A model generated the notes under the pieces. The model searched no databases and was not told the origin of the DNA. It worked only from the letters and a program-made list of their open reading frames with translations. Both the position numbers and the translations under genes were made by a program. 64,000 nt of DNA from Takakia lepidozioides (taxonomy: Eukaryota; Plantae; Bryophyta): assembly GCA_030704615.1 (NCBI GenBank), contig CM060734.1:35278001-35342000 (forward strand), written 5' to 3'. Of the stretch, positions 34,543-48,179 are shown one piece after another. The first letter of the stretch is position 1. Every line of letters begins with the position of its first letter.

Positions 34543-37259
34543 ATGATATTCAAAGCAAGTGTAGGCGCACAGTTTACTATCACTGTTCTCATTTGCTCAC
34601 TGACACACCTCCTGATCACGTTCCCTCTAATCGCAGCAGAGGTAGTGAGCAGTACACTAGGAAGCATCGTACAGCTCAGAATTGAGACAGACGTAAATTC
34701 AATTCATTGTGGTGCTAATATGGGATATGATGCACAATTCACTGATCAATGTAGTGTTGGGAAAGGAGCAGGTTCTGAAAAAGAGACTAGAGATACCAGT
34801 ATAATACTAGTTGACCAGGACGGATATGGAGACTACACCACTGTCCAGGCCGCAGTAGATGCTGTGCCCGACAACAATTCTGCACGAATAACTATCCGAA
34901 TTAACGAGGGCACTTTCTTGTGAGTTCGTGCATGCATTGAATATTTTCGTGCCTTTGCTCATGTCGATCTACTGCAAAGCGTCATAAATTGCCATATTTT
35001 CGTGCCGCTGTTTCAAAACCTTTTCTTTCTTCCAGCAGCTAGACACTGTCTATAGAAATCCTGTAGCGTGAAATTCAATTTTCCTTGAATCTATGAACAC
35101 AGGGAGAAAGTCCGTGTTACAGAAAGAAAACGCTACGTAACGCTCCTGGGAGCAGGGAGGGAGGCGACGACAATTTCCTGGCACGACAACGTCAACTCAA
35201 CTGGCCACCTAGAAGAGAGTGCATCTGTGGCTGTCTATGCTGATAACTTTATAGCAAACTTCATAACCTTCAAGGTACTCTCAGGGGAGGATAGAAACAC
35301 GAAGATAAACATTTATATGTACAGTAATCTGAGACCACTTCGCAGCTTCAGTGCAGTATATTAATTAAAAAAACACAGTGTCCCACCCATTGCTGGAGCA
35401 TATGTACATAGAGATGTACGTGTGACAGTTGAAAGAAGTGAAGGACTTAGTTAATTCGTGCTCAATGATCTAGTCACCTCCCTGGTTTTCATTATTTGCT
35501 CAGTGGAGCGCACTCTCAGCGCACTAGAATTGTCTGTGCATTGTGAATGTTTGAACAAGCGGAGGTTCGGTTTTAATTTTATGCAGCTGTCTAATTGCCA
35601 GTTCATTGAGACGTAATTGAATGAAATGTCGAGGGCTATGTAACCATGTCATTGCTCAAGAAGTTGGAATGTTTCATGCAGAATACGGCCCCACGACCTT
35701 CCCCAGAGATAGTAGGAGCTCAAGCAGTCGCCTTTCTGATATCTGGGGATATGGCCGCTTTTTATGGCTGTGGCTTCTATGGCGCACAAGATACTCTGTA
35801 TGATAAAAGTGGACGTCACTACTTCCAGGACTGCTACATCGAAGGAGAAATCGACTTTATTTTCGGGAATGGACGGTCTTTGTATGAGGTAATCTGAGTG
35901 TTTCCGTGAACTAGAAGATGTACATATCGAATCAGTCCACGTTTAACTTCTATCTTGAAGAAGAACGCTGCGCATGCATCCCTCATGCATCCAATCGATA
36001 AGTATAAAATGTTCTCTGGACATTATCACATGAGCGTACAGTACTTGGACGGCTCCAAGCAAAACATAATCTCGAATTGATCTGAATGCGTAAATAGAAG
36101 AACCTACAACGATCCTCTTTTAACTTCCGTCCCTGTCCACTGGATGAGACTGGATGTTGGAAACCAGATTACATAGAAGCACAGGGTCTAAATCATGCTC
36201 AAGTTGCGTTCAGAGAGGTTCCTGTGAAACTATGTACACGCACAGACTTGCATTCTACAGTACTGGAAGCATCCTCCAGTCAGCCCATCCACCACAGCGT
36301 GCATCAATTTGCTCTGTCTTCCTATTCATCATAACACAGGAAATCTCTGTAACTCATTTGCAGCCGACGTAGCTCTATATCCCGAGAGATGTTCCTGTAG
36401 TTGCTAGCCACCTCAGGGATTATCACGTTCCCTCTTTTATTCCTAGAACGTTCACCATATGAGAGAACCTGTTTTAATGTACTCAAGGAAGAACTTCACA
36501 CGTCCGCGCAAGGCCCAGACGACCCAAAGGGCGAAGCTCGTAACAATAAAAACCCCAATAAAGCAGTTTCGTAACTCACACTGGTCTCGGATCAGCACTA
36601 GATTGAAAACGCTATAAGTGGCCTTAAATCTTCGCATCGAGGAGGAACCCCCAATGATACAACCCTTTAACGGACCTTCTCAGGTTGGTTTGTGATCTCG
36701 GTTCTTGGAGTTTTGCAGCAATGCCTGATAAATTCAACTGCCCTAACAACCGGATACATCACAGCTCAAAAACGCGAATATGAGAGTGAAAATACCGGTT
36801 ACTCCTTTGTGGAGTGCACGATAGAGGGAACGGGATCAAACGTGCTACTTGGGCGGGCATGGGGCCCTTCAGCGCGCGTGGTGTACTCCAGCAGCTATCT
36901 GCCTGACATAATTGCCCCCCGGGGATGGAGTGACTGGGACAACTCCAGTGCAGATTTGTACGTACATTTCTAGCAGCTCTTCATGTTGTTGTCGACAGAA
37001 TCTTCTTTGTGTGCACACCTTAAATTGTAGAACTGAGGTGGGTTTTTCTAAGTAACAATACATTTCGATACCAACATATCTTGTGTGATGCAATTGCTTA
37101 TACATGCACAGGACTATATTCTATGCGGAGTACAATAACAGGGGCCCAGGTGCCGATATGAGACAGCGGGTCACCTACGCTAAGGCCCTCACAGAAGCCG
37201 AGGCCCAACCCTTCGTGGAACTAAGCTTCATCGATGGCAAGGACTGGCTCACGACATGA
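34543..37259 (+). CDS. Pectin methylesterase; exons 34543-34919, 35103-35274, 35682-35888, 36719-36957, 37112-37259
   Basis: [42 protein letters not shown]; same intron positions as the PME at 9021. Confidence 0.93.
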
Positions 37260-38765
37260 CTGAACGAGATTCAGAGCCACAACATTGTGGTCACGTTTGT
37301 GCCGCTAAACTCCCTTCGCTAAACTCGCTTGTGTCACTGTTCTCTATATTATGTTGTCGAGATGCACTCAGAGAGGAGCAGAGATGTTGAACAAGGTGGA
37401 GGAACGGGGGGGTTCACAGATTGCAGACAGTTTGATTTCCTGTAAATGAACAACGATACATTGTACACTTCTACAAAAACACTCGTAGAAGATGCAATTC
37501 TGTGCATATCTTACATGTTCTTGCCTTCCTCTCTACAAGGAGGTCAGCCATCGACCATGCGTCCAGGCACTTCCTATGCATATTTGCCGTATTGCCAGCT
37601 GAGTAGATTTCGAATTACCTGTACATCGCCAATAGGAATTTACTGACTTCTGATGAGCACACTTTCTCTTTGGGAATGCTTGTGGTCTAGGATCTGAGTA
37701 GGTGCGGCCCAGTTTAAGTTTTATCCCAGGTGGAAGTCTTTTAGCCCGTCTTGAAGCTTCTGTCACTGACCTTCTAGTTTGACATATTGTCTCCGGAACA
37801 CCTTATAATCTTCGTTTCAATGCTAGACCTAGGGACTTCATAAATATTCTTGTAGAGCCGCTCGCTCCTGCAACAGTAGAATCATCAGTACCTACTGATA
37901 GAGCAAGTAAAAAATCAAAGCTCAATCATACTAAACCTTGTACTTTGAGCCTCCTACAAGATGTATATGGAATGTTGTTTCGCTTACAATTGCAGTGACC
38001 ATATAGAATACTTAGGAATGTGGAAAGTCTATCTGCAAGCTCGTCAGATGTTATCAACCTGACATGATCTGTCCACAGTATGTGAGACCACAAAGAATTT
38101 CTGCTACATCCACCTTTCTGCTATTTCCACCTCTTTGCTCGATTTGGCCAGGACTCAAGTAATCTCGAATCTACCAACCACAATATGTGTATCACCGTGT
38201 GCTCGACCTAAATGAGAAAAATCAAAGGGGCCAAGACTATAAAAGCACTCTTCGAGCAAACAGATACACAAAATATCAAACAAGATAGTGGCAGTTTGAG
38301 GGAGGATGTACTGCTGGAGAAGCATGAGAACAAGTGAGAGGGCTTTCAAGCGTGGTGATATCAGATGATATCAATTGAGCAGATAAATGTGAGGGTCAGT
38401 TGTGTTCATCTCTGCAGTCAATTTCAAGAAATCATTAATGCCACTTATTCCCTCCCTCCGGTATTTCCAGAGTTTGGGATGCAGGAATGATGCAACAGAG
38501 CAAATGTTCTGTCAGATCCTCTGCAATGCACAGCTTGATATGCCACGCATAGAATCCTGAGGTGGACATGCTAGTGTTTTGCAAAGGCTCACCATCATGG
38601 AACAGTTTGGATGACAAATAGTCTACAAGTTGATTTCGGCATGCAGTGATGAAAATGCTTAACCCATTTAAAAGGAGAAGCACCATTATTCTAGAGCAAT
38701 CATAGATATTTGACAAGCATGCCAAACTCTGAAATGAATAGAGAAGAGGAAAAGGATGAGGAACG

Positions 38766-41409
38766 CTAAGTCTCAGTGAGCCACTCGTTGCCATTGATGA
38801 AGGTAAGCTCATAAAAGGGCTGCACATCAGCCTGTGCAAACTCATGTGACCATGGCACACGTGCAGTCTGGTTGGCACCTGGTCCCCAGCACTGAAACTG
38901 CCCAAATGTCACGGTCCTGTGGCCCACCCAATTTCCCCCAAATTAGAATCCACACACTGAACTAACAGAGGAACTGTGATACTGTGCAGAAAGCAGTGAT
39001 TGGGGTGTGGTTTTAATTTTCACAACTACGATTTATAGCACCAGAATAGCTGTAGAGCTATGGAGCTTCCACAAGCAGATGGTTGCACCATTGACGATGA
39101 TTATATCAACCTGCCATTAGAGCCCTGAATGACGTCCCATAGATCTGCATGGCATGCTCCCATTTTTATTGGCAACCTGACTACATATTACATGATTGAC
39201 TTGTGATCTGCAGCGCTCTCAATATGAGACTCAGACCTGAAAATCCGATCCATTTAAAATGGATAAGTAGCAATTGCCCAGGAGAATTACAAAACAGTTA
39301 TATGGGAACAACAGCCTGTTCTTTCCTCTCACAAACACCCCCTTGGTATTGTAATTTGGCTACCTTAGAATTCCAGTTCAATATGATGCTATCCTAGATA
39401 AAAATAAGTACACAGAACAAAGGAGTACCAGTCTTTGGAGTTGTCCCCGCTCCAGTTGTCCCAGCCTGGTGGATCAATTATGTTATCAAAGGATGAGTAT
39501 GAGTAGATGATGCGCGAATATGGCCCCATCGCTCGTCCTAGATAGATGCTGCCTGTCCCAGTAACTTGGCAGTTGACAAATGAGAACCCACTCGGATCAT
39601 TGGGACTCTGCCGGTCCTGAGCAGCCACTGCACCGTAGTCTTGGGCAATGGAGTGCAGTGTTGAGTACTGTTCCAAAAAGATCATACAAGTTAATGTTCT
39701 TCTTTCTTTTACTGTGTGTGTCACTGTAGGTAAATAAGAATGAGAGTTAATTTTAACATATAGCAAAGGCTCTACTGGATGCTGACACTGCCAATTTTTA
39801 ACGGTTTGCTGAAGCAGAAATCGAGGTTAGATGAGTGTTTCTCAAAGGTATAAAATCTTTGATAGTACCAGCTGAAAGTATTTGAGAGCTTCCCATGAGC
39901 ACTTTGCAAAAATCATTAGAACCCCAAATTATTATATCACACATGTTCAATCAAAGCACCTTATACAGTTACGAGGCCCAAGGTCGCACTATAACTTCAC
40001 ATTTTGGCAGACACGAGAAGATGATTAGTGGATCCATGTGAAGGGTAGGTTGGTGTCTACCATGTACAGCGATTGGCCATTCCCAAAGACGAAGTCAATG
40101 GAACCTTCAATGTAGCAGTTTTTGAAGTAGTGACGGCCTATGTCGTCACACAGTGTATCCTGAGCACCATAGAATCCACAACCATAGAAGGCTGCCATGT
40201 CACCCGATATGCGGAGAGCAGCACCTTGTTTGCCATCGACGCCAGGTGGTGGAGGGGGTGCTGTGTTCTGCATTCACAAGGTCTGTTAGGATCCCACTTT
40301 TCCATCTTACTTGGTTCGATTGCCCATCAGGATTCCATCGAGCATTGATACATTTTAAGACCCCGAGGTCAGATTGCAGGTACTACCGGACCTGACTCTA
40401 GTTTCATCAAAGGAAAATAAGGATGGAGAAAGAGGCTGAGTGAACAACCGTAATCATCAGTCTACTTGCCTTCAGTCGTCGTTAACAGAAATGTCAATTC
40501 TAAAGACTACACAATCAGAGAGACAGACGTGGTACCTTGAAACTGATGCCTTTGGCAATGAAATTGGAAGCTAAGACTATTACAGAGGCACTGTTGTAGG
40601 CCGTAAGCGCCTGCCCATTTGGCCCAAGATCGCTTGCTATATCTTGCCATGTGATGAAAGTTGCACCAGCCCCAGCTCCTTGAAGTGTCAGGTATGGCAG
40701 GTAGTCTGGCACAGTCACCTTTTCCCTGTCCAATTTGAAGGCGGTTTATGTTAGGCGTGCATTGGATTGGCCCAGTGGTGCATTGGCTTTCAAAAGACAA
40801 GAGCGTCTTTGCATGCTCACCAACACACAGTTACTCTAGAGTGTATGTTGTGGGTCCATGATACGCACACACGCGTCTTTTCCCCGATCGTCGAATATTA
40901 TCATCCTATGGAGCTAGATGGCAGTTACTTGGATTCACAAAACCACTTCGTTATCATGGTTTTAGCACTGGGTATGTGCTTCAATTCATTCTCCACAGGT
41001 CTAAGCAATGTCCATACCCGCAGAGGGAGATGCACTCATCAGACCTGTTCACCACAGGCTCAACTGTGGTCACAAACTCAGCAGTGAAACCTGGGGGAAG
41101 AGGGGCAGCAAGGGGTAGCGCAAGGAGAGAAAAGAGAAAGTGTCCCACTTACACGTATGTGCCTGCTCCAATTTGTACGGTGACACGCTGTGGATTGCCC
41201 ACAGCGATTGAATTTATGGCTGCCTGCACTGAGCTGAAATGGCCATCGTTAGATTGGTCCACATACAAAGTGGAAGGTCCGGTGGGGGTCTGCAGCAACC
41301 TTCTTGTTGCAGATGTGGCTGTTACAGTTCTGCAACGCAAGACGGTGAGCAGGACGACAATGGTGACTATCGGGTGCACTGCCCACCCGCAATGGCGAAT
41401 CCGTCCCAT
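38766..41409 (-). CDS. Pectin methylesterase; exons 41409-41153, 40725-40536, 40267-40061, 39667-39429, 38916-38766
   Basis: [40 protein letters not shown]; in-phase GT-AG introns. Confidence 0.93.
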
Positions 41410-41447
41410 CTGGTCGTAGGTGGGGTCGTCGTTACTATACGGTCCTT

Positions 41448-41483
<36 letters not shown>

Positions 41484-43202
41484 TTCTTCTCTTTCAATGT
41501 TCCCGTACTATCTTCTTCAAACCGTTTCTCCCACTGAGCTAATCCCTGAAACCTCGGGGACCTGGCAGCGCTCGCTGATATATTTGTCGCTCTTCAGACA
41601 AAAACTACTACGTATTGCTCACTTGAGTCTATACTTCCGTGACTCTCTCTTCCCTAGTCACACGCTCTCAACGATCCTCTGTCTTCATGGTGTCCATCTC
41701 ACTTCCTCCCCTCCTACGCAGAATGTGAGCGCAGTCACTCGCTAGTTCAATGGAAAAACTCATTTACTGCAATGTGCTACAAATACTGACTCTTCTATCT
41801 CCCGCACAGACAGCGCGACCCGACTTTGTCCTCCGCTCCTCTGATGTAAGGTGCCCTTCGTCCAGGCTCTCTCTTGCTTCCCGCCTCGTGTGTACAAGGG
41901 AGGGGGAAACAGCACGAAGATAGTAATAACGATGACTTCGTCAACGGAAACTGCAAAACGGTCACAAGACACTAGTTATTATTCTAAACTCATTGCAGTC
42001 CCGCTTCCTGCGGACTACATTTTACTGTATCCAGCCCTGTCGACTGTCGACCTGGGCCCTTTCCCACTCCGGAGTGCTTAGAGCTCTGCAGAGTTTGGGA
42101 TGTTGTTAAGCTTCTTTCAGTTTCCAAACCTCGCTCATTTGGGCTTCTACACTGACTACCTCGGACTTTCTCTACATATTTAAGAATCGCTCGTCCTAGA
42201 TGCATGCGTCCCAGAAACTTGGCAACATTTGACAAAAGAGAATACAGCAGGATCTGTAATTGGCAGTACAAGTGAATGCCCACATGCAGTTCAATCGGAA
42301 CAGTCTCAAAGTAAACCCACTACCCAAATGAGAAGACACCCCATGGATTTGCAATGGCGTTTCAAATGGCTTGAGTAACTATCCGGGGCATGAGCATGAG
42401 GGGAACAATGGCCAATGGCCCAGACAACCATGGTCCCTGCTCGAATCAACAAACTGCTCTGAATTGGTCGTGCCTTAATTGGAACTTCTAACACACAAGA
42501 AAAAAATCGCGCGTCTGCGAATTGGGCTGTCGCAGATCTTGAGCATCTCCTACTACGTTTCAAGTGGAGGTGGTTCGCGGGTTTCCAACTATTTCGATAC
42601 CTCCTTAAGTTATAGCATGCGCTATGTATCGAGCACTTTGTTTCTCTCCATCTCCCGTGTTTACTTACAAGGTGTTGTTTCTTGATTTCTTCATACTCTA
42701 ATCCATAGCTCTATGGGCATGCCTTCCTTTCCTTCTGTTTGTCTCTGGTCTTTGTATACGAAAAAGTGAGATCCTTACTTTGAAAGAACAAGCAGAAAGC
42801 AAAGGAAAAATCTAGACCAGAAGAGCATGTACAAAGAGGTACAACTTCATCCACCTCATTTGTCTAAAGCCTGGCAGACTATTGAACAACGTTGGGCCAA
42901 TCCTCGCAGGGTTCCTGAAGCAGAAGCAGAGGTTACATGGGCGTTTCGCGTTTCGCGTAAGTTGCTAGAACCACCTTTGAGTATTCCTTTCAGCTTCTCC
43001 TTTGATTGACCCTTTTCATCGCAGCCACGAACTGAACATTCTTCACAAAGAATCAATCAAATGAGCAATATGCATATACAGTATGAGGCCCAAGTGCATC
43101 CCCAGATCGCACTTCGGTTGGGCATTCACGTTTGTTAGTTTGGTGTTGTCGCATTTGTGGTCTTCTTACAGCTTTACATTTAGCAGAAGGGGGAAAATGA
43201 CT

Positions 43203-43760
43203 ACCCTATAGAGCGACTGTTCATGAATTGCCAAAACAAAGTCGATGGAACCTTCAATACAGCGAATCTTGAAGTAATGGCGGCCACCTATGTCGGCACA
43301 CCGAGTCTTCTGGGAAGCATAGAATCCATAACTGCAGAAGGCTACCTGTCAACCGATAAGCAGCCTGATGCTGCAGTTTTGTTGTTGGTGGAGCGGGCAC
43401 TCGCTCCTCCGATTTCCTAGGATCCCAAGCTATTGGTCTTACGTAGATCTATGTACAATCAAGCAGGACTCCATTGAGCACTGAAACATTATGCAACCGG
43501 GCTTCTGAAGGAGAAGAGGGATGGAGAAAGGGGGCTGAGAGATAGCTAGTCCAAGAGCACCTAGGGAATTGTGCACTCATATGCAGTTGTATTCTATCTT
43601 ATATTATTCTGGTGGGGCAGGCGGCCACTGCAGTAAGACAACACAACCGTAGATAGAAACATTATCTTGAACGTGACATCTCCCTGGCAAGAAAGCTGGA
43701 AAACCCAGATTACTATGGAAGAGTCTCGCTCGTCGACAGTGAGAGTGACCAGTTGGAGCT
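43203..43760 (-). pseudogene. Pectin methylesterase pseudogene (exon 2-3 duplicate of the 38766-41409 gene)
   Basis: Degenerate [13 protein letters not shown] motif, plus intron sequence shared with ~40290-40440; indels and stops. Confidence 0.8.
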
Positions 43761-44803
43761 ACAGCTACAGCTGCTGACAACGAAGGTGGTGAAGGTCACC
43801 AGCACCAGAAGTCTGGTCTCAAGTCTCAACTGTCAACCAACCCACCTACGGCCCCCAAAAGAAAACACGATGTTACCGTATCTACAAGGTAGATGTTCCA
43901 TCTTCAATCTTCTTTGATCCAATTCCATGCAATGAGCTGCTTACAAGCAAGACACGGACCCCAAACAGTAATCACAGGCTGCTAAGGACAGCCATTAAGG
44001 CCATGACCGCGTCTGGCAATTATGGCAAGCCTGCTTGTTAGTTGACTACGCCATCAGACTGCCCTATCATCCAGTATCTGCAAACCCAAACCCTACCTAT
44101 TTCCTAATTGTCGTTAGTGGAATCTGGCAGTCCAGTCTGGTGAGTATCTGCTGCTCGATCTTACCTCACGCGACTCTCGTGCTTTTAGTACTCGGAAGGG
44201 CAAAGTGCACTTATGACTGGCAATGCCTACCTCTTCTGCCTCTCTTCCAGCAACCCAACTAGGCTAAATCTGGTACTAGTTCAGCAAACCTTCGGCTGAT
44301 TCTGGAATGATTAGTACGAGTGTGGTCCTGACTCCTGACACCAACCAGTTCACGAGCACAACTTACCTATTCTTGCTTAATGCACATTTTGTGCTCATTA
44401 TTGTACAGCCATGATAGATCACCATTCAACCCTGCATCATGTATTCTACTTTGTAGAGTTAGTGATCCATATCTTTTCTTATCAACAACCCAGCAAGGCA
44501 TTCGAGACATTGAGTGTTTATTAGTTCACTTGTCGATCAGCTCATATCTTGTGGTCTACCGGGTTTGGAGCAGCAGTGGTGGACCTAGTCACCATCCAAA
44601 GGTGCCTGAACACACTTGGAGTGATGTGATTGGGGAAAACAAGGTGGCCTCCAAAGGTACGGGGTTACACACCTACCCAATTGCTTTCTATGCTTCAACC
44701 GAGGGCCACTGTATATCACAATAAACAATTTGAGTTGAACCAGCCGGTGGTCCCTCATTCCCAGGACAAACGCTAGTAAGTGGGTTGGGGAGTCGGTTGC
44801 TTC

Positions 44804-45000
44804 CAGTGTTGGACAGGTATACTTCTAGGTCAAACCCCCCATATCAATACTGATATCAACCGGGGTAGGTAAGACCATACCCGGCCCGTAGGTAGGGTGG
44901 CCAATACCTCGGTCAATACATATCTCGGTACTGTGGTGTATGCCATACATGTCTGGCATTGCAATGGACGAGATTGCTGTTGATACCGGTATTGCTCCAA
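44804..45000. mobile_element. Solitary hAT MITE end
   Basis: CAGTGTTGGACAGGTAT matches the TIR of 52646-53403; ATACC-rich; partner end not found. Confidence 0.55.
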
Positions 45001-46285
45001 TGTGAGCCTCCAAGAGAGACCGCAGGTGTATGTGTGGAGTTAGGGCAAGGGAATTCATGGGTGGCTGCTTCAATGACGGGTGTAGTGGCCAGGGATTTCT
45101 ATTTCCAACTCGCATGAATCCAATGTTTGAGTTGTAGTAGAAGGATGGTATGGTCCAGCCGCTAGCCATAAGAATTGAAAAATAAAAATAAAAAATAAAA
45201 AATTTGTTATTAGAAAAAGGAGTAAAGTCCATAATTTTCAATTTATCTCTTGGACACTTGCCAAAGTTTATTTTGGCCTAACAACCAAGTTGTAGCCCAC
45301 TGGCACATGTAACCACCTCGGATGTGGTTATGGGTTTCATCCACCGATTAACAGCAGACCTTCAGGGTCAAGAGACACCATAATTTACGCTTTCTTCAGA
45401 TACGTATATATTTATTTATTTATTTCTATTTATATATATTGTCTTCCACCTCATCATCACAACAAAGAGCCGGCAAATGGCAAATGGAGTTTCGAAGACG
45501 CTCTACATATGGTGGTGGGAGCAAGGCATGGGACTTCACATCTCTTGCTCATCTACTACGATTCACTCATGTCATGTCCATCTGAGTTGCTTCATTCTCC
45601 CTTCATCCCTATGATTCATCATTGAATCACTCACATACAACTAAAACGTTGCATGAAGTTTACGGCGGGAGCACTCATGTCATTGAATGATTATATATGT
45701 AGAATATTCAAGTGCAATTGTATCTCTTTGATGTCCATATCTCATTGCAATCTCTCACCTCCTCTCAACGACATTGTTTAATATGTATCGATCATTATGC
45801 ATCTTGGTGATGGCAGTTATTTTAATGAGATAGTGGTGACACCAATCCACACAAAACTTCATTATTGTGAACATTGATTTTTGTTTGATTTGGGCTTCGG
45901 TTTCAAGTGTCAGATCCGATCCTCGAGCTTTGATCCTTCTTTTGATTTGGGGCAAGTTCATTATTTGGAGACACTAGGGATTAATGACACTAGCTTCGCA
46001 TAGACATCATACATGTCTTGAGGTGCAAATGTCTATCAAATAGAGAATGATTTCAGTTATTTCCCTTAGATAAATCAGTTAATGACAATCTTGCAATTGT
46101 TTTGCTCAGCAAATGTGGTGTGTTTACATTGACAGTTGCTAACTCCTCGTCTTTCAGCTTTATTCTCTTGCTACATTTTTTTTCATGTTTTTCTATGTTT
46201 TTTGCCTTGCTCTTTTTTCTATGGCTTATATAGGGGATTTTATTAAACATGGTAAAATAAGTTGGTATGTGGCCGAAGCTGAGCA

Positions 46286-47593
46286 ATGGAGCTTTCTGAA
46301 AATTTCGATGAGGTGACCAAAGTGCGCAAGCCTGTACTACGACGTGATCTCAAATACTTCAAGGAAGTCCAAGGCTTGCGCGCAACTGGTTTGGTCCTCG
46401 TCAAAGAGCTGAATGATACCCATGCCAATGCTGCAGAGTTGTAAGACATCTTTGGGCCAAAAGATGGGAAACAAGCGTATTGGTTCAAACGTAAACATGA
46501 TACTAAATTTGTTCAAAAAATAGCGAATATGTACCGCAAAGTGACAAGTTACAGGAAGGTAACCAACAACAAACTCACTCTTCAATTTGCGAGGGTTTTG
46601 GTTGCTAAGACAAAAGGGGTGGAGCTGAATTGGGCCAAGTTCGCTGTGGCAATCAACAAAGAACAGGTGAATCGTTATGAATGGCACTTAGCAGTCGTAC
46701 AGCCGGGGGAGCCAGTAGGGATGATGATAATGGTGAAGTCAGCGATGTGAAGTTTATCATGGATGTCAAACCAAAGAGGTTTTACCCCATAAACCCACAT
46801 TTTGGCTCGAAGGTTGGAGTTGCAAGTTGATACATTTACATTGGATGGTACCCCATCTAGCAGACCATGTGGGGTTCTCAATTTCGGAGATCGAAAGAGT
46901 TGAAGGGATGATCAATGTTTTCTTGGGTTCCACAAAGACGTTATAGAGCTGACTGGTCGATAGAGAGCCACGTATGGAGAGAAATTGAGGATTTAAAAGC
47001 CCTAATGGATGACCGCCTCATAGGGCTATCTGAAACCTTTGATGAACAACAACAAGTGGAAACTACTCTTGTCGAGGTGCGACAGGACCTTAGAGAACCA
47101 AGGAAGCAGTGTCAAAGCATGAGAAAGATGGCTTGGACTCGTCCATCGAAGGTAGAGAAGGAATTTACAGAGCTAGATGAGAAAATGCAGCTTCATGAGG
47201 GTAACAAAATTGAGCATGCAAAATAGGCAAGGGGTGGAGAGGGGGATTTGGCAAGATACGCAAGTATTTTTGAACGTCTCCAGAAAGAACTCCATGTCAT
47301 CCAAGCCAAGATAGAGGAGGTTGAAATGAGAAGTCGACCATGGAAAAACAAGCAAAGCCATGCGAGTCAGGCATGGAGTCTGTACGTGGCCACAACCAGT
47401 AGTCAACCCCCTTGAACCTCCAACCAAAGCATACATGGTCATCAAGATCTACCATGTGTGTAATGAATGGTTTGATTCAAATATTTTTTTCAGTTGCGGG
47501 AATATATATCACCCATTTTGTATGGCAATTCATATTAATGAATCTACTGTTTGCAAAGCTAAACACTGTGAAAAACCCTTTCACCTCGATTGA
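46286..47593 (+). pseudogene. Decayed ORF with coiled coil and C-terminal RING-like Cys/His cluster, probably TE-associated
   Basis: Broken reading frames; HVC..W...SCGNIYHPFC...VCKAKHC. Confidence 0.4.
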
Positions 47594-48179
47594 TAGACTT
47601 CATTTGGCTTCCGTCCAATTCTTAAGGAATTGCAGTATAATATCAAGTAATTACATCAAAATACAAGGATGGTTGGAGATGAAGAAAGAAAATGCCCGCA
47701 AGTTGGGGTAAATTGATCTACAATGTTTCTTTATGCACAGTTTTCTTATTGTCGTGTATATGAATATTGTATGACCGTCTGTCGTGAGGAGTTACGTATA
47801 GTCATTTGAACAATTATAGATTTATTTGCACGATACACTGTCATGGACCAATAACTAGAGGTATGGGCAACAACATAATGTGCGTATTCATGATAGAAAA
47901 TTGTCCCTACCGACACACCTATGTGGATTCATGATGCGTGTTACGAAGCATGGTTATGAGGAATTGATCGATGATCATGACCCAAATTAATGTCATAGGG
48001 GCATGAAACTTGACCTCTTGTGCTGAAAACTGTAAAACATGACCTCGTGTCCTGAAAAATGATGAAGCATAATCTCGTATGTTGAAAGATCAAATAAAGC
48101 ACAACGGTGGAATATTTAAAGAGTTTGATCCTAATAAAAGTATCGGGTGTATACCATGCAACACACAAATAGTTGCTAG

